This document shows positions 1 to 12,285 of a stretch of DNA of 64,000 nucleotides, one piece after another (the stretch's first letter is position 1; the number at the start of each line of letters is the position of its first letter). The notes beneath the pieces are model-generated. The model made no database searches and was not told where the DNA came from. It was given only the letters and a program-made list of their open reading frames with translations. A program made the position numbers and the translations under genes. Origin of the DNA: Dipteris shenzhenensis (taxonomy: Eukaryota). The stretch lies in NCBI GenBank assembly GCA_047967505.1, contig CM106538.1; one strand, 5' to 3'.

Positions 1-265
<265 letters not shown>

Positions 266-660
266 GCGCGCGCTGCTGCATTATTCCTTAAGGTGCTGTT
301 TTTCTAGAAAACATGCATTTTCCTAAACCGATAACGAAGAGTTTTAGCTCGAAATTTTTTTTTTTTTACTTAATGAGTTTTATAAGAAATATTGCTCTAG
401 ATGAGTCTTTGTACAAAGGATCTCCTGTGACCTTGTCAATAATTTATTTTTTCCTTTACAGTGAGTTTAGTACAAATGGGCGATCCAAACATTTGCTTGT
501 TTGAATGTCCTTTTCTATCATCATAGAAATGAGCAATCCAAACATTTGCTTATTCAGAATGTCCTTTTTGTCATCACTTGTCGCTTGGGTGCCATCTTCA
601 TTCACTCTCATCTGACCACCACCACCCCCTTTACTCTTTCTCGATATTTGAATGGTGTTA

Positions 661-3600
661 TCATGGGCATTCTTCATTTGCACTATCTCCTTCTACTTCC
701 TTTTGGGTGAGCATCTTTATGAACTCTGTAATGTGCAAAATAATTGGTTGCAGTAATTTTATTTTGTCTTCTACATCATACGCCATGTGCTTCTTTGTTT
801 TCTTTGACCTTGATTTCCAAGATACTATGACTGTCTCTGCAGAAAGTCTTGAAATTGCATCATGGTTTGGGACCCATTCCTTTTTCAAACAACTACTATA
901 CAATGTATTGTTATCGTGTTCTCCTTCCTAACCCTTGGATCATACCATACCACTGTAAATGTTGTAGCTCTCCCCCAGTCATCCATGCTCACATCAACTA
1001 CTTTCGCAACCCAAAACTTCATGTTCTCATGTTCATCATCCGATGGTCGAACTGTAACAAAACGATGGATGTCTATGTCTATTTGTGGCATAAACTCTCT
1101 CTTTTTGGGTCCAATATGGATGTGGGAGCAGCGATTCAAACTCATTTTCAAAGAGACCACATGCTGGGTGCAAGTCATTCCACCATTTGGCCAAAATAAA
1201 GGCCGTTCTGCCTTAATATCATCTTCTCGCTTTGCAAGGTCCTTGATCAATTAGTAGGTCTTGCTAATTACAATAGTAGTGTGTTCCTTCCAAGAGGGCT
1301 TCCAATTAGGAAATCTCCGGAGCATTTCCTCTTTGTATGTAATAAAAGCTTTTAAGCCTTCTATTTCACCTTTGGATTTCTCACTGAATTCTTTCATAGG
1401 AGCCCATGTTGGACACATTTCTTTGCTCGGGATTGAAGTCAAGAGAGAGTAAGGTTCTTTAGGTTCCCATTTTGTATCAAGAGAATAGTATTGCCACTAC
1501 ATCACTAGTTTTTCATCCTTTAAGAAAAAGCAAAAATAGTGTGGAGCACTATGCCCTATCAGGGCATCACCACCTTTTTGTATGAAAGGTAGAATAAAGC
1601 TCTTCTAATCATACATCCTCTCAAGCATTGAGCATACTGTTCCTTCCTTACGGCCACCAACTTGCCTCCCACATTTTCTTATCAAGTCATCCATCGTCTC
1701 CATTGCCTTGTGTTTTAGTTCTCTTGAAACCATGCTAAATACTTGATCAATATCCTCATGTGTGTGCCCAACCAACAAAAACCCAACTTCAATCTCATTG
1801 AAGATTTTATAAGCAATTAGCATTGAGCAAAATGCAAAGAAGAGTACATTATTGTTCTCTTGTCCACAATTGTCTACTTGTACTCTCAAAGTTGCTGGTA
1901 GGCAACCTTTTTCTGCATGTACATTGTGAATTGCCTTCATAACAGATGTTACAACTTGATTGCTATCATGTACATGCAAGGAATCAATCCATATGTTTGC
2001 AAAAAACTTAAATCTATGTGACACACACTCCACATAGATGTGTCTTTAAAAAGTATTTTTCTTGTAGCTTAGGTGGAGTGTTAACAAATCGAGGTAATGT
2101 TGTTGTATTTTGATCCATACCATCTACAATAATGCACATGTACTCATTTGGGTGAGAAATAGCTTGCTCCTTCCAAAATGCATATTTTATTCTAGAATGT
2201 CGAACAAGTCCATGATGAAATTCTCTCTTTTTTTTGTAAGCTTCTTTTTGTTCTAGAGATGTTGCACTCTCAAGTGCTTGCTTTAGATCATCACAGTCGT
2301 TGCACTTTGACATTTTTTGCCTCTTTGGGACTTTAACATGTCCAAAGCTTTTGGAAGTATACAAAGTATGAAAAGATGCCGGTGCATGCCCTCTTTGCCT
2401 CTCTATTTCTCCAAAAGAGTAAAATACTTCTTTTTTAGTCAAACCTATCGAAAGATGCATTTCTGATAGATGGGGTTGCGGTAAAGCATTTTCATAAATG
2501 TAATCGTTCAAAATTTCTATTGCCGCAACCGTTGAGGCTCTTGTTTTGGGCCTTCCTGTGTTTCCATGAATGTTAAATTTAACTCCATACTTTGCTTTAT
2601 TAGCCAAATTCCAATATGTGCCATGTGATAATCCTGTAATAATGCGATATGCATTATTCTAAATACTTTTTCCATGTATAAGAGGCCTTATCTATTGTCC
2701 TAAACTTCACCTTCTCTTATCATTTACAAGAAAAAAAGACAATCTCGTGAGTAGGTATTCATTTCTTTTGCTCCCTTTCCTTTTCTAGACATGTTCTCTA
2801 TAGCCCTTGATGTCATGTAAGTTAATGGATCGCATATATCTACCCTTACAGCATGTAGATCGCATTGCTTTTAGCATAACATCTTCATTCATTACTCTTA
2901 TTCTCTTTGGTTGCTTTTTTGGATCTGCCTGGACCCGTGCTATCGTTTCATGCATCTGTATGTCCATTTTGGGACCTTCTGTACATTCTTATTTAGGTTT
3001 GTGCAGTTCTCCTTGTAAGATTTATTTGTCACATTGTTTTCATGGGATGTTGCATCCTTGATCTTATCATCTGAAAGTCAAATACTGAATAGTCCTTTGT
3101 TGATGTCATCCTTGATTTTGATACATTCGTCAAACCATTTGTAGCATTAACTGTTTCACAATCAAAGTCAAATACCAAATAGTCCTTTGTTGATCTCACC
3201 CCTATTTTTGATACAATCGTAGAACCACTTGTCACAGTGGCATTAGAGTGTCCAGAATGATCTTCAAACTCATCTATTCCTAAGAGAACATCACTCATTG
3301 ATGCACTTTCTATGGATTTCATAACTCCATAATCAGTGGTGTCCAGAATGATCTTCAAACTCATCTATTCCTAAGAGAACATCACTCATTGATGCACTTT
3401 CTATGGATTTCATAACTCCATAGTCTTGAAACTCCTGTACTCTAGAGAGAACATCACTCATTATATCATCGTGCATGATTTCCATAATTCCATAGTTACT
3501 TGGTTTGACTCCAAGAACTTTATCTCAGTATCCATGAAGCCATCCATGCTTGAAAAGATATCACTTTTGACATCTTTGCCCAAGTTCTCAATGTGCATGA

Positions 3601-4033
3601 ACTCATCCACCCCAGATAAGGCATCACTTGTGAAATCTTTTTCTTTCTTGGTACAAATGAACTCATCGACTCCTGATAAGACGTTAATGCTATCGTTGAG
3701 TGCATTGGAATCATCCATTTTTGAAGGAATAGAGTTTGGTACATTAGCATATTCTTTCAATTATTTGATGTTGTAGTATGCATTATGTTTATCATTAAAA
3801 ACCACATGCCGAGTCTTTCCGATCTTTAAAAATTACATGCTCCATCTGAAATCCTTACCTACCTCATAGTTGGGACCATCCAATGAGATTGAGTTATCAT
3901 CCATACCATCATCAGTAACTTTTTGGATTCTCATCTGTGCAAATGCCCAGTGTTCCACTTGTTCAAATCCCAAGACTTGACCTTCTGCTACATTCTTATT
4001 TGCAAATGATAACATTTGTAAAATATTTCCCAC
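661..4033 (-). pseudogene. Degenerate Sola-like (DUF7869-type) DDE transposase, copy 1
   Basis: Successive minus-strand fragments carry KMSKCNDC, IIVDGMDQ, LKTHLCG, QVDNCGQENNN and GFLLVGHTHEDIDQVFS, then C-terminal FVTV...WVAKV...FTVVWYDP. The ORF is broken by frameshifts and stops. Fragments at 3029-4033 are probably the acidic N-terminus (weaker call). The family name comes from motif recall, not a search. Confidence 0.75.
3248..3422. repeat. Tandem duplication, period 91 bp
   Basis: GTGTCCAGAATGATCTTCAAACTC...CATAACTCCATA starts at both 3248 and 3339. Confidence 0.85.
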
Positions 4034-4074
4034 TCTAAAATCTAAAGATATGCACTTTGTATTTCTGATTGTTG

Positions 4075-4746
4075 TAAACCCTAAACCCTAATCCCTAATC
4101 TCAAAACCGTAAACCTAACCCCTAACCCCTAATTCCTAAACCCTCAATCCTAATCCTAGACCTCTAAGCCCTAAACCCTAAACCCTAAACCCTAACCTCA
4201 AAACCCTAAACCTAAACCCTAACCCTAATTCCTAAACCCTCAATCCTAATCCTAAACCTCTAACCCCTAAACCTTAAACCCTAAACCCTAAATCTTACAT
4301 CTTAAACCCTAAACCCTAACCTCTAAATCCTAATTTCCAAACCTTAACTTGTAAACCCTACCCCCTAATGCCTACATCCTAATCCCTAATCCCTAAATCT
4401 TAAACCTCTAAACCTTAAACCCTAAACCCTAATCCCTAAACCATAAATAATAATCTTGACACTCTAAACGCTAAACCCTAACCAGTAAAAACTAATCCCT
4501 AATCTCTAAACCCTAAACCCTAACTCCCAAACCCTAAACCCTAACCCACAAACCCTAAATCCTAATCCCTAAACCCCAACTCGCAAACCTTAAACCCTAA
4601 CCCCCAAACCCTAAACCCTAAAACCTAAAGCCTAACCACCAAACCCTAAACCTAAACCACCAAACCCTAAACCCTAACTCACAAACCCTAAACCCTAAAG
4701 CCTAACCTCCAAATCCAAGCCACCAAACCCTAAATCTTAAATCCTA
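4075..4746. repeat. Degenerate interstitial telomere-like array (CCCTAAA)n
   Basis: Dozens of AAACCCT units and variants, i.e. the plant telomere motif TTTAGGG on the minus strand. Confidence 0.92.
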
Positions 4747-4799
4747 TGAGTGTTTTCAGTAATATCATCTATTTAAGTAATAGTTTTAATTAGGATTCA

Positions 4800-5535
4800 T
4801 AAGTAGGAGTGGAATTGATAGTAGGAATGTGGGAATGGGAGTGGGAGGTGGGAGGGTGGGAGTGGGAGAAAGGGAGAGTGGGAGTGGGAGTAGGAGAGGG
4901 GAGGTGGGCATGGGAGTTGTAGAGGGAGTTGGATTGAGGGAGGTGGGGGTGGGGGTGGGGGTGGGAGGATGGGAGTGGGAGTGGGAGTGGGAGAGGGAGT
5001 GGGAATGGGGGAGGTGGGGGTGGGGGTGGGGGTGGGAGAATGGGAGTGGGAGTGGGAGAGGGAATGGGAATGGGGGAGATGGGGGTGGGGTGGGGGTGGG
5101 AGGATGGGCATGGGAGTGGGAGAGGGAGTGGGAATGGGGGAGGTGGGGGTGGGGTGGGGGTGGGAGGATGGGAGTGGGAGTGGGAGAGGGAGTAGGAGGG
5201 GTGGGGTGGGAGGATGGGCATGGGAGTGGGAGTGGGAGAGGGAGTGGGAATGGGGGAGGTGGGGATGGGAGAATGGGAGTGGGAGTGGGAGAGGGAGTGG
5301 GAATGGGGGAGGTGGGGGAGGGGTGGGGGTGGGAGGATGGGCATGCGAGTGGGAGAGGGAGTGGGAATTGGGGAGGTGGAGGTGGGGGCGGGTGGATGGG
5401 AGTGGGAGGATGGGAATGGTGGGAGTGGGAGGATGTGGGAGCAGGAGTGAGAGGTGGTGGGAGGATGGGAGTGGGAGTGGGAGAAGGTGGGAGAGGGAGA
5501 GAAGACAATGTGATGGAGAGGCCGATGGGAGAGGA
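4800..5535 (+). repeat. G-rich hexamer array (GGGAGT/GGGGGT/GGGAAT)n, G-quadruplex-prone
   Basis: Continuous GGG tracts with short loops; long low-complexity ORFs run in multiple frames on both strands. Confidence 0.9.
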
Positions 5536-5540
5536 GATAA

Positions 5541-6220
5541 TGATATAGAAGGACCAATGAGAGAGAAGCACTTAAAAACCTAGTTTTTCTTATATATACT
5601 CTCCTCCTCTCATTGTTTCTCTCATTTCAACAAGGAAGAGGAAGAGGAGAAGCAAAAGGAGGAGCAAGAGCAAAAGCAAGCACAAGCATACATCTCCAAT
5701 TTCTTCCACGTACTTTTTTTTAATTTGTATTCTTTGAAATTTTATTATAGAGAGAGAACTTAAAGAGAGAAAGAAAAGAGAGAGAGGAAAGTGGAGGAGA
5801 GACATTTGGAGAGAGATAGGAAGAGAGAGAGAGTCTCGCTGGCTCGACAGTAGCAAGAGAGAGAGGGAGGGAGAGAGCAAGAGAGAGGGAGAGGGAGGAG
5901 AGACGTTTAGAGAGAGAGAGGGAGGAAGAGCAGGAGATAGAGAGTGAGAGATAGAGAGAGAGAGAGGTAAAAGAGAGAGAGAGAGTGAGAGAGAGAGGGG
6001 GAGGGCCACGTGAGAGAGGGAGAGAGAGAGGGCTGTGCCATAGGTAGGAGAGAGAGGAGAGAGAGAGAGAGAGGCCCACACGAGAGGAGAGAGGCGAGAG
6101 AGCAACAAAGGGCCATGCGAGAGGCAAGAGAGAGAGAGAGAGAGAGGGATAGAGAGGCAAGAGAGAGAGAGAGGGCCGCGCGAGAGCGAGGGAGAGAGAG
6201 AGTGCGAGAGAGCGAGGGGG

Positions 6221-6289
<69 letters not shown>

Positions 6290-6548
6290 AGGCGTAGCGA
6301 ATAGAAATCTTAGCATAATCCTAAATGAATCTCCTATAGAATCTAGACAAACCTAAGAATATATGTAATTCTTCTAAGGTTTGTAGGATGTGCCCATTCC
6401 AATATAGCCCTTACTTTCTCAAGGTCCATACAAACCCCTTCTTGGAATATATTATGTCCCAAGTACTTCACTTCTTTTAAAAAATAGTGGTCATCTTTTA
6501 AGAGCCATTACAGTACTATACTAGTACAAAAGGGGGTCCATTGTAACA
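5541..6548 (-). mobile_element. Putative 3' LTR of a minus-strand LTR retrotransposon, containing (AG)n tracts
   Basis: On the minus strand a purine-rich tract AAAAGGGTGGGTGAA precedes TGTTACA (6548), and the segment ends in TATATCA (5541). No second LTR is present to confirm it. Confidence 0.4.
5750..6290. repeat. (AG)n-rich microsatellite region
   Basis: GA runs, nearly pure at about 6222-6282. Confidence 0.9.
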
Positions 6549-7045
6549 TTCACCCACCCTTTTCAACCTTGATTCCATCTATATATTTCCTCCACTCTTG
6601 CTCCTCCTTCCGACCTTGCCAATGGTAGTGGCCACATGTGATATGATAGTTGTGTTGGCAACAAAAGTTCCATGGTGAACCTATCTACACTTGCTCCTTG
6701 ATTATTTTCATGATAGCCAATTCCAATGAGAGAAGAACCTATGAATGTTTTCCCAAGGGTTGTTCCCATCAAAGTATCATGCCAAACAAGAAAAACCATG
6801 TTAAGCAGCAACTAGATCATTCTTGAATCTGGGATCATTTCATTGGATTTCTGACTCACTGTGTCAGTTTCTGTGTGTTTTTCTGCTCGGGTGTTGGAAC
6901 TCAAGTTTGGAGCAACCATTTGCAGATCTGTTAATTCTGGTGGACTCAAGAGGTCCTAAAACTTCTATGTTGCTCATCATTTGCACTCCAGTGGAGTTTA
7001 CAAACAACTCTGCTTCCAAAAAAATTTTTCAGTCCGTGTGTTGGA

Positions 7046-10000
7046 CCTTCAAAAGAAATTGTCTTCTACTCAAATGCTGGAAGAGGTAGAGGTAGAGGTA
7101 GAGCAGGCCGCTTTGGCGGCCATGGTAGAAATCAGAATATGCAGCAAACTCAAGAAAACCAATCCTATGGAGGAGGATGTGGTAAATCTAGAGGTAGGGG
7201 GAGCCAAAGAGGTCGTGGTGGATGGCAAAGAGGCCAAAATGTAAACAACAATGTTGAATGCTACTATTGTGGTAAAATGGGTCATATGGCTAAAGATTGC
7301 TACAAAAAGCAAAATGCAATTATAAATGGAAAATTGCGGCAAGGCAATTATGAATCCTCTAGTAGACAGGGTGATGACAGAAATGAGCATTTATTTATGG
7401 TGCAGCACATGACCAATTCTGTGACAAGTGCAGAAGAATGCAATGATGTGTGGTATGTTGACTTAGGTGCATCAAACCACACGATAGGTCATGCAGAATG
7501 GATGTAGGATGCAAGGAAAATGGAAAAACCAGGATTTGTGGAGACTGGTGATGATACTGCACATCCTATTGTGGAGATTGGTAAAATTCCTTTGTCTATG
7601 CAGGATGGAAAAAAGAAATACTTGTCTGATGTATTTCATGTCCCGAATATCACCAAGAACCTGGTTTCTATTGGTCAAATGGTTGAGTAGGGCTTGTAGG
7701 TTAGATTTAATCCTCATGGATGCTTTGTTGAGGATATGAAAAATAATGGTCACTTGATAGCAAAAGGAAAGAAGAAGGGCCAGATGTTTACATTGGATGT
7801 GGACATGCCTGAATTGAGTGCAGCAATGTTTGCACATGGGACCGGTGTAGTTGTAGATATTGATATCAGGCATAAATGCATTGGTCATGTTAATGTACAG
7901 TGACTTAAATCAATGCAGGCCCAAAATATTGTTGCAGGATTGCCTAAATTTAAGGTTGCAGAAATGCATAAGGTATGTGAAGCCTGTCAATTTGGAAAAC
8001 AGGCAAGGAAACCATTTTCTAGACATGTTCAAGAGAGTAAGAAGCCATTGGAATTAATCCACTCTGATGTGTGGACTACTGAAGCTGCATCTATTGGAGG
8101 CTATCATTATTTTGTCATTTTTATTGATGACTACAGCACAAAAGTTTCGGTGTATTTTATGAAAAAGAAAAGTGAAGTGTTTGGGCATTTCAAAGCTTTT
8201 AAAGCTATAGTTGAAAAAGAAAAAGGCCTGCAAATAAAATGCCTAAGGTCAGATGGAGGGGGAGAGTACCTCTCAAATGAGTTTGCAAGGTCCCTGTAGG
8301 AGCATGGCATAAAGTAGCAATATTCATGTTGTCATACCCCACAGCAAAATGGACTTGCAAAAAGGAAAAACTGGCATATTGGAGAGGTATCTTGGGCCAT
8401 GCTAAATGAAAAAGACCTACCAGATTATTATTGGCCTGAAGTAGTTGCTACAGTAGTTTACATAATGAACAAGACTCCCACTGTAGCAATACATGGCATG
8501 ACGCCAGAGGAGATGTATACTAGTAGGAAACCAGATATTTCTCATTTGAAAATTTTTGGTTGCATTGCCTATGTTCATGTGCCAGATGAGTTGAGGTCCA
8601 AGTTGGATCCAAAAGTTGAGAAGTGCATCTTTATTGGATATTCTCTACAACAGAAAGGGTATAGATGCTATAACCCTTCTACTCATAAGTTTACAGTGAG
8701 GAGAGATGTTTTTGATGAGATGAGCAGCTGGTATAAACCATAAATGTGATTGATGATGTAGATAAACAAAATGGTAATGCTGCACAGAAATCACAGCAGC
8801 AATCACGAAATATTACTAGACCTGTAGTGTCCTCTAGTAGTGGTTCACGTACTTCACCATGGATATGCAGATTGAGATCAGGAGAATCTCCTCAAAGCAA
8901 TGCAGATAGTGGTATGCATGTATCACAAAAAGGAAAAGAGAAGGTAGACCAGCCCATGTTTGATGTGAATGCAGGTCACTCTTATGTGGATGGTGAATCC
9001 AGTGGCTCAGAACAGAGCATTGATGATGAGTTGGGTATTCCTTCTGTTGTTACACTTGGAGTAAGGAAGACCAGGGATGTTTTGAGAGCACCTGGAAGTG
9101 AGCCTATTTTGCAGAGGTCTACCAAAGTTAGGTATCCTATGGATAGGCTGAAATATAATGGATTTACACCCATTCACTATGCCTATATGGTCAAAGTGAT
9201 ACAGGAACCAGAACCCACTTCTTTTGAGCAAGCCATGGGAAAAGAAAAATGGGAGAAAGCCATGGATGAAGAAATGGATGCCTTAGAAGCAAATGCTACA
9301 TGGGAATTGGTGCCTTTGCCTAAAGACAAGAATGAAATTGGTTGTAAGTGGGTTTATAAGGTGAAGCACAATGCAGATGGTTCTGTGAATAGATACAAGG
9401 CAAGATTAGTAGTCAAGGGGTATGCATAGACATATGGCATTGATTACGAAGAAACATTCAGTCTGGTTGCAAGGATGGCAACCGTAAGAGCAGTCATTGC
9501 TATGGCTGCATCAAAGGGATGCTCTTTACATTAGATGGATGTAAAGAATGCCTTCTTGCATGGTGATTTGCAAGAAGATGTCTTTATGGAGCAGCCACCA
9601 GGTTATGTTCATGCTGTTCATCCTGAGTTTGTTTGTAGGTTGAAGAAAGCCTTGTATGGCTTGAAGCAAGCACCTAGAGCATGGTCTGACAAGATAGGAT
9701 AGTATCTTGTCACTATTGGCTTTCAGATTTCCAAGCAAATTTCTCACTTTATGTGAGAAAAATAGAGAAAGGTATTATGCTGCTTGTCATTTATGTTGAT
9801 GATTTAATCATCACAGGTGATAGTGATGAAGACATCCTTCATGTGAAAATGCTATTGAAGCAGAAGTTTGAGATGAAGGATTTGGGAGAGCTACGTTATT
9901 TCTTGGGCATTGAGGTGATTAGATCACCAAGTGGGATACGGCTCTTGCAGAGGCAATATGGATTGGACATGCTGTCCAAATCTAGGATGATAGGTTGTAA

Positions 10001-11105
10001 GCCTATTTTAGTTCCTTTGGAGTAGAATGTGAAGCTGAGCGTAGATGCAGGTGAGCTTCTCGAAGACCCTACTATGTACACATGCATAGTAGGAAGTTTG
10101 ATTTATATGACTATTACCAAGCAAGATTTGAGCTATGCTATTGGATTGGTAAGTTAGTTTATGCAGGCTCCAAGGAAACCACGTTTGGATGCGACTAGAT
10201 GCATACTTAGGTATGTGAAGTCCACATTGCAGTATGGACTGTTTTATGAGGCTGGGGTTCAGATGCAGTTGCATGGATACACTGATGCTGATTGGGCTAG
10301 TAGTATTTCTGATAGACGATCTACTAGTGGATATGTGTTCTCTTTTGGGAGTGTTGCAGTCACTTGGAGCAGCAAGAAACAGCCTACAGTTGCCTTGTCG
10401 AGCACAGAGGCTGAGTACAGGGGTGCAGCAATGGCTGCATGTGAGGTAGCTTGGTTGCATAAGCTACTTTATGATATGCATTAGTCTACAGATGGGCCAG
10501 TTGTCATTTATTGTGATAACATGAGAAGTATACACTTGGCAAATAACCCAGTCTATCATGCTAGAACAAAGCACATTGAGGTGCATTATCACTATGTGCG
10601 GGAGAAGGTTTTACTAGGTCTTATTGATCTAGTTTATGTCAGCATAGAGGATCAGATAGCTGACATATTCATGAAGGCATTGGGCGCAGAGAAGCTGCGC
10701 AAGTTCAGAGACCTACTTGGTGTGCAGGAATTGGGATTGAGCTCAAGGGGGAGTGTTGATATATCAAGCTCCACTCGTGATATGCCAGGGTGACCGTTGT
10801 GCATTTATGTCACCGACTTGTTAGCTGCAGATACGGTTGGTACACCGCCCATGAATAATAGCTGGATGACAGCTATCCTTATGTACTCTAGTTTGTGGCT
10901 CAGTTAGTATGCCGCCTTAGTTAGCTGAGTTTGGTTTGAGACCCACATATAGGGTTCTTCTATTTCTTTGTACTAGAGTTCTTTTGGCTTTCACAACTAA
11001 GAAGAGGAAAACTGTTTTCAGCCTCCACCTTTGTGTGTATTCCCCCATTGTGTATGTGAGAAAGCCGCAAGTGAGACTCCTTCCTTCTCTCCCATTATCT
11101 TCACA
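7046..11105 (+). mobile_element. Ty1/Copia family A, copy 1: 5'-truncated, degenerate gag-pol plus 3' LTR
   Basis: Zinc knuckle CYYCGKMGHMAKDC, protease WYVDLGASNH, integrase CLRSDGGGEY, RT YKARLV and YVDD, RNase H TKHIEVHYH, in Copia order with many stops. PPT AAGGGGGAG precedes the LTR. Confidence 0.95.
10754..11105 (+). repeat. Copia family A 3' LTR (352 bp, TG...CA)
   Basis: TGTTGA...CTTCACA; homologous to LTRs at 35080, 40660 and 47767. Confidence 0.93.
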
Positions 11106-11610
11106 TAATTCACTTAGAAGATTCACCCTTGGAATATTGGGACATTCGGTGCAATAATGACCCTTCTGGTGGCACTCGTAGCATACAAATTGGCACATTC
11201 TCTTGGAGGGCGATTGGCTTGATTTTTGATGCCCACCATCTCAAGCCGAAGATCATTCAGGGCCTTGGCTAGGTCATTGACTTTGAGTTTTTTTGCAAAA
11301 TTTGTATCATTCTCTGATAGCAAGATATCATAGGAGAAGCTAAATGGAGAACCATCATCTAAACCACCAATTGCTCTACCTTGGGCAGTGGACTGCAAGG
11401 CCTTTTTCTTGATGTCCATATATTCTGTCTCAACAATCTTTGGCATTTTAGCTCTTAGATCCTTTGTTGGTGTGGCATCTGCATCCATTGAAGCCAACCA
11501 CTTTCTAGCCCATGTCTTATCAAGGAGTTGACCTAGGCTAAGTGCTTTCTTCTTATCCACATTAATTGACTTGCCAGCTAACTCATCATCAAATTTCAAT
11601 AAAAACAATA
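11106..11610 (-). pseudogene. Gag-like fragment with CCHC zinc knuckle (probably Gypsy)
   Basis: CYECHQKGHYCTECP preceded by a coiled-coil-like stretch (KVNDLAKALNDLRLEM); cut off at the Copia LTR. Confidence 0.6.
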
Positions 11611-11834
11611 GTGCCGAGAGAGTTGACTCACTTTAGCCTATGTGCTTGTCCCTAATCAGTAGGATAGTTTGACTAGGTAGACTTATAATTACTTAAAGTA
11701 AAGCCTTTGCAAAGGATCGTACCTAGTATTGGATATAAACAAAACACTTTGGAAAGCATATAATATATAGTCTATATATATCTAAACTAAATACTTTGGA
11801 ATGCATATTTTATATAGTCTATATACCTTAAATC

Positions 11835-12285
11835 TTACACCCTAAATCTTAAATCCTAAAGTTTTCTAAATCTTAGGTTATACAATCTAAGCTCTTAAAC
11901 TTATATAACAGTTCTAATCCCTAAACCCTAAACCCTAAACCTTAAACCCTAACCCCTATAGCTTAAATTCTAAAACCTAATTTCCAAATCCTAAACCCTA
12001 GATTCTAGACTCCAAGCTCATGACCTTATATACTAAACCCTAAACCCTAAATCCTAAACCTTAAAACAATAATCATAAACCCTAAATGCTAAATCCTAAA
12101 TCCTTAACCCTAAACCATAAACCCTAAATCCTAAATCCTTAACCCTAAACCCTAAACCCTAGATCTTAAACCCTAAACCCTAAATCCTAAACCCTTAGCC
12201 CTAAACCCTAAACCCTAAAACCATAATCATAAACACAAAACCCTAAACACAATCTTAAATTCTAAGCCCTAAATCCTTAACCCAT
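11835..12285. repeat. Second degenerate interstitial telomere-like array (CCCTAAA)n
   Basis: Many AAACCCT units, same orientation as the array at 4075-4746. Confidence 0.9.

Noticed and set aside
4075-4746. A true chromosome end or a CRISPR-like array
   Set aside because: The repeats are degenerate, internal, and have no unique spacers.
4786-5583. Pro/Thr-rich or Gly/Trp/Glu-rich ORFs resembling extensin
   Set aside because: Multiple frames on both strands are open because of the hexamer repeat; there is no independent gene evidence.
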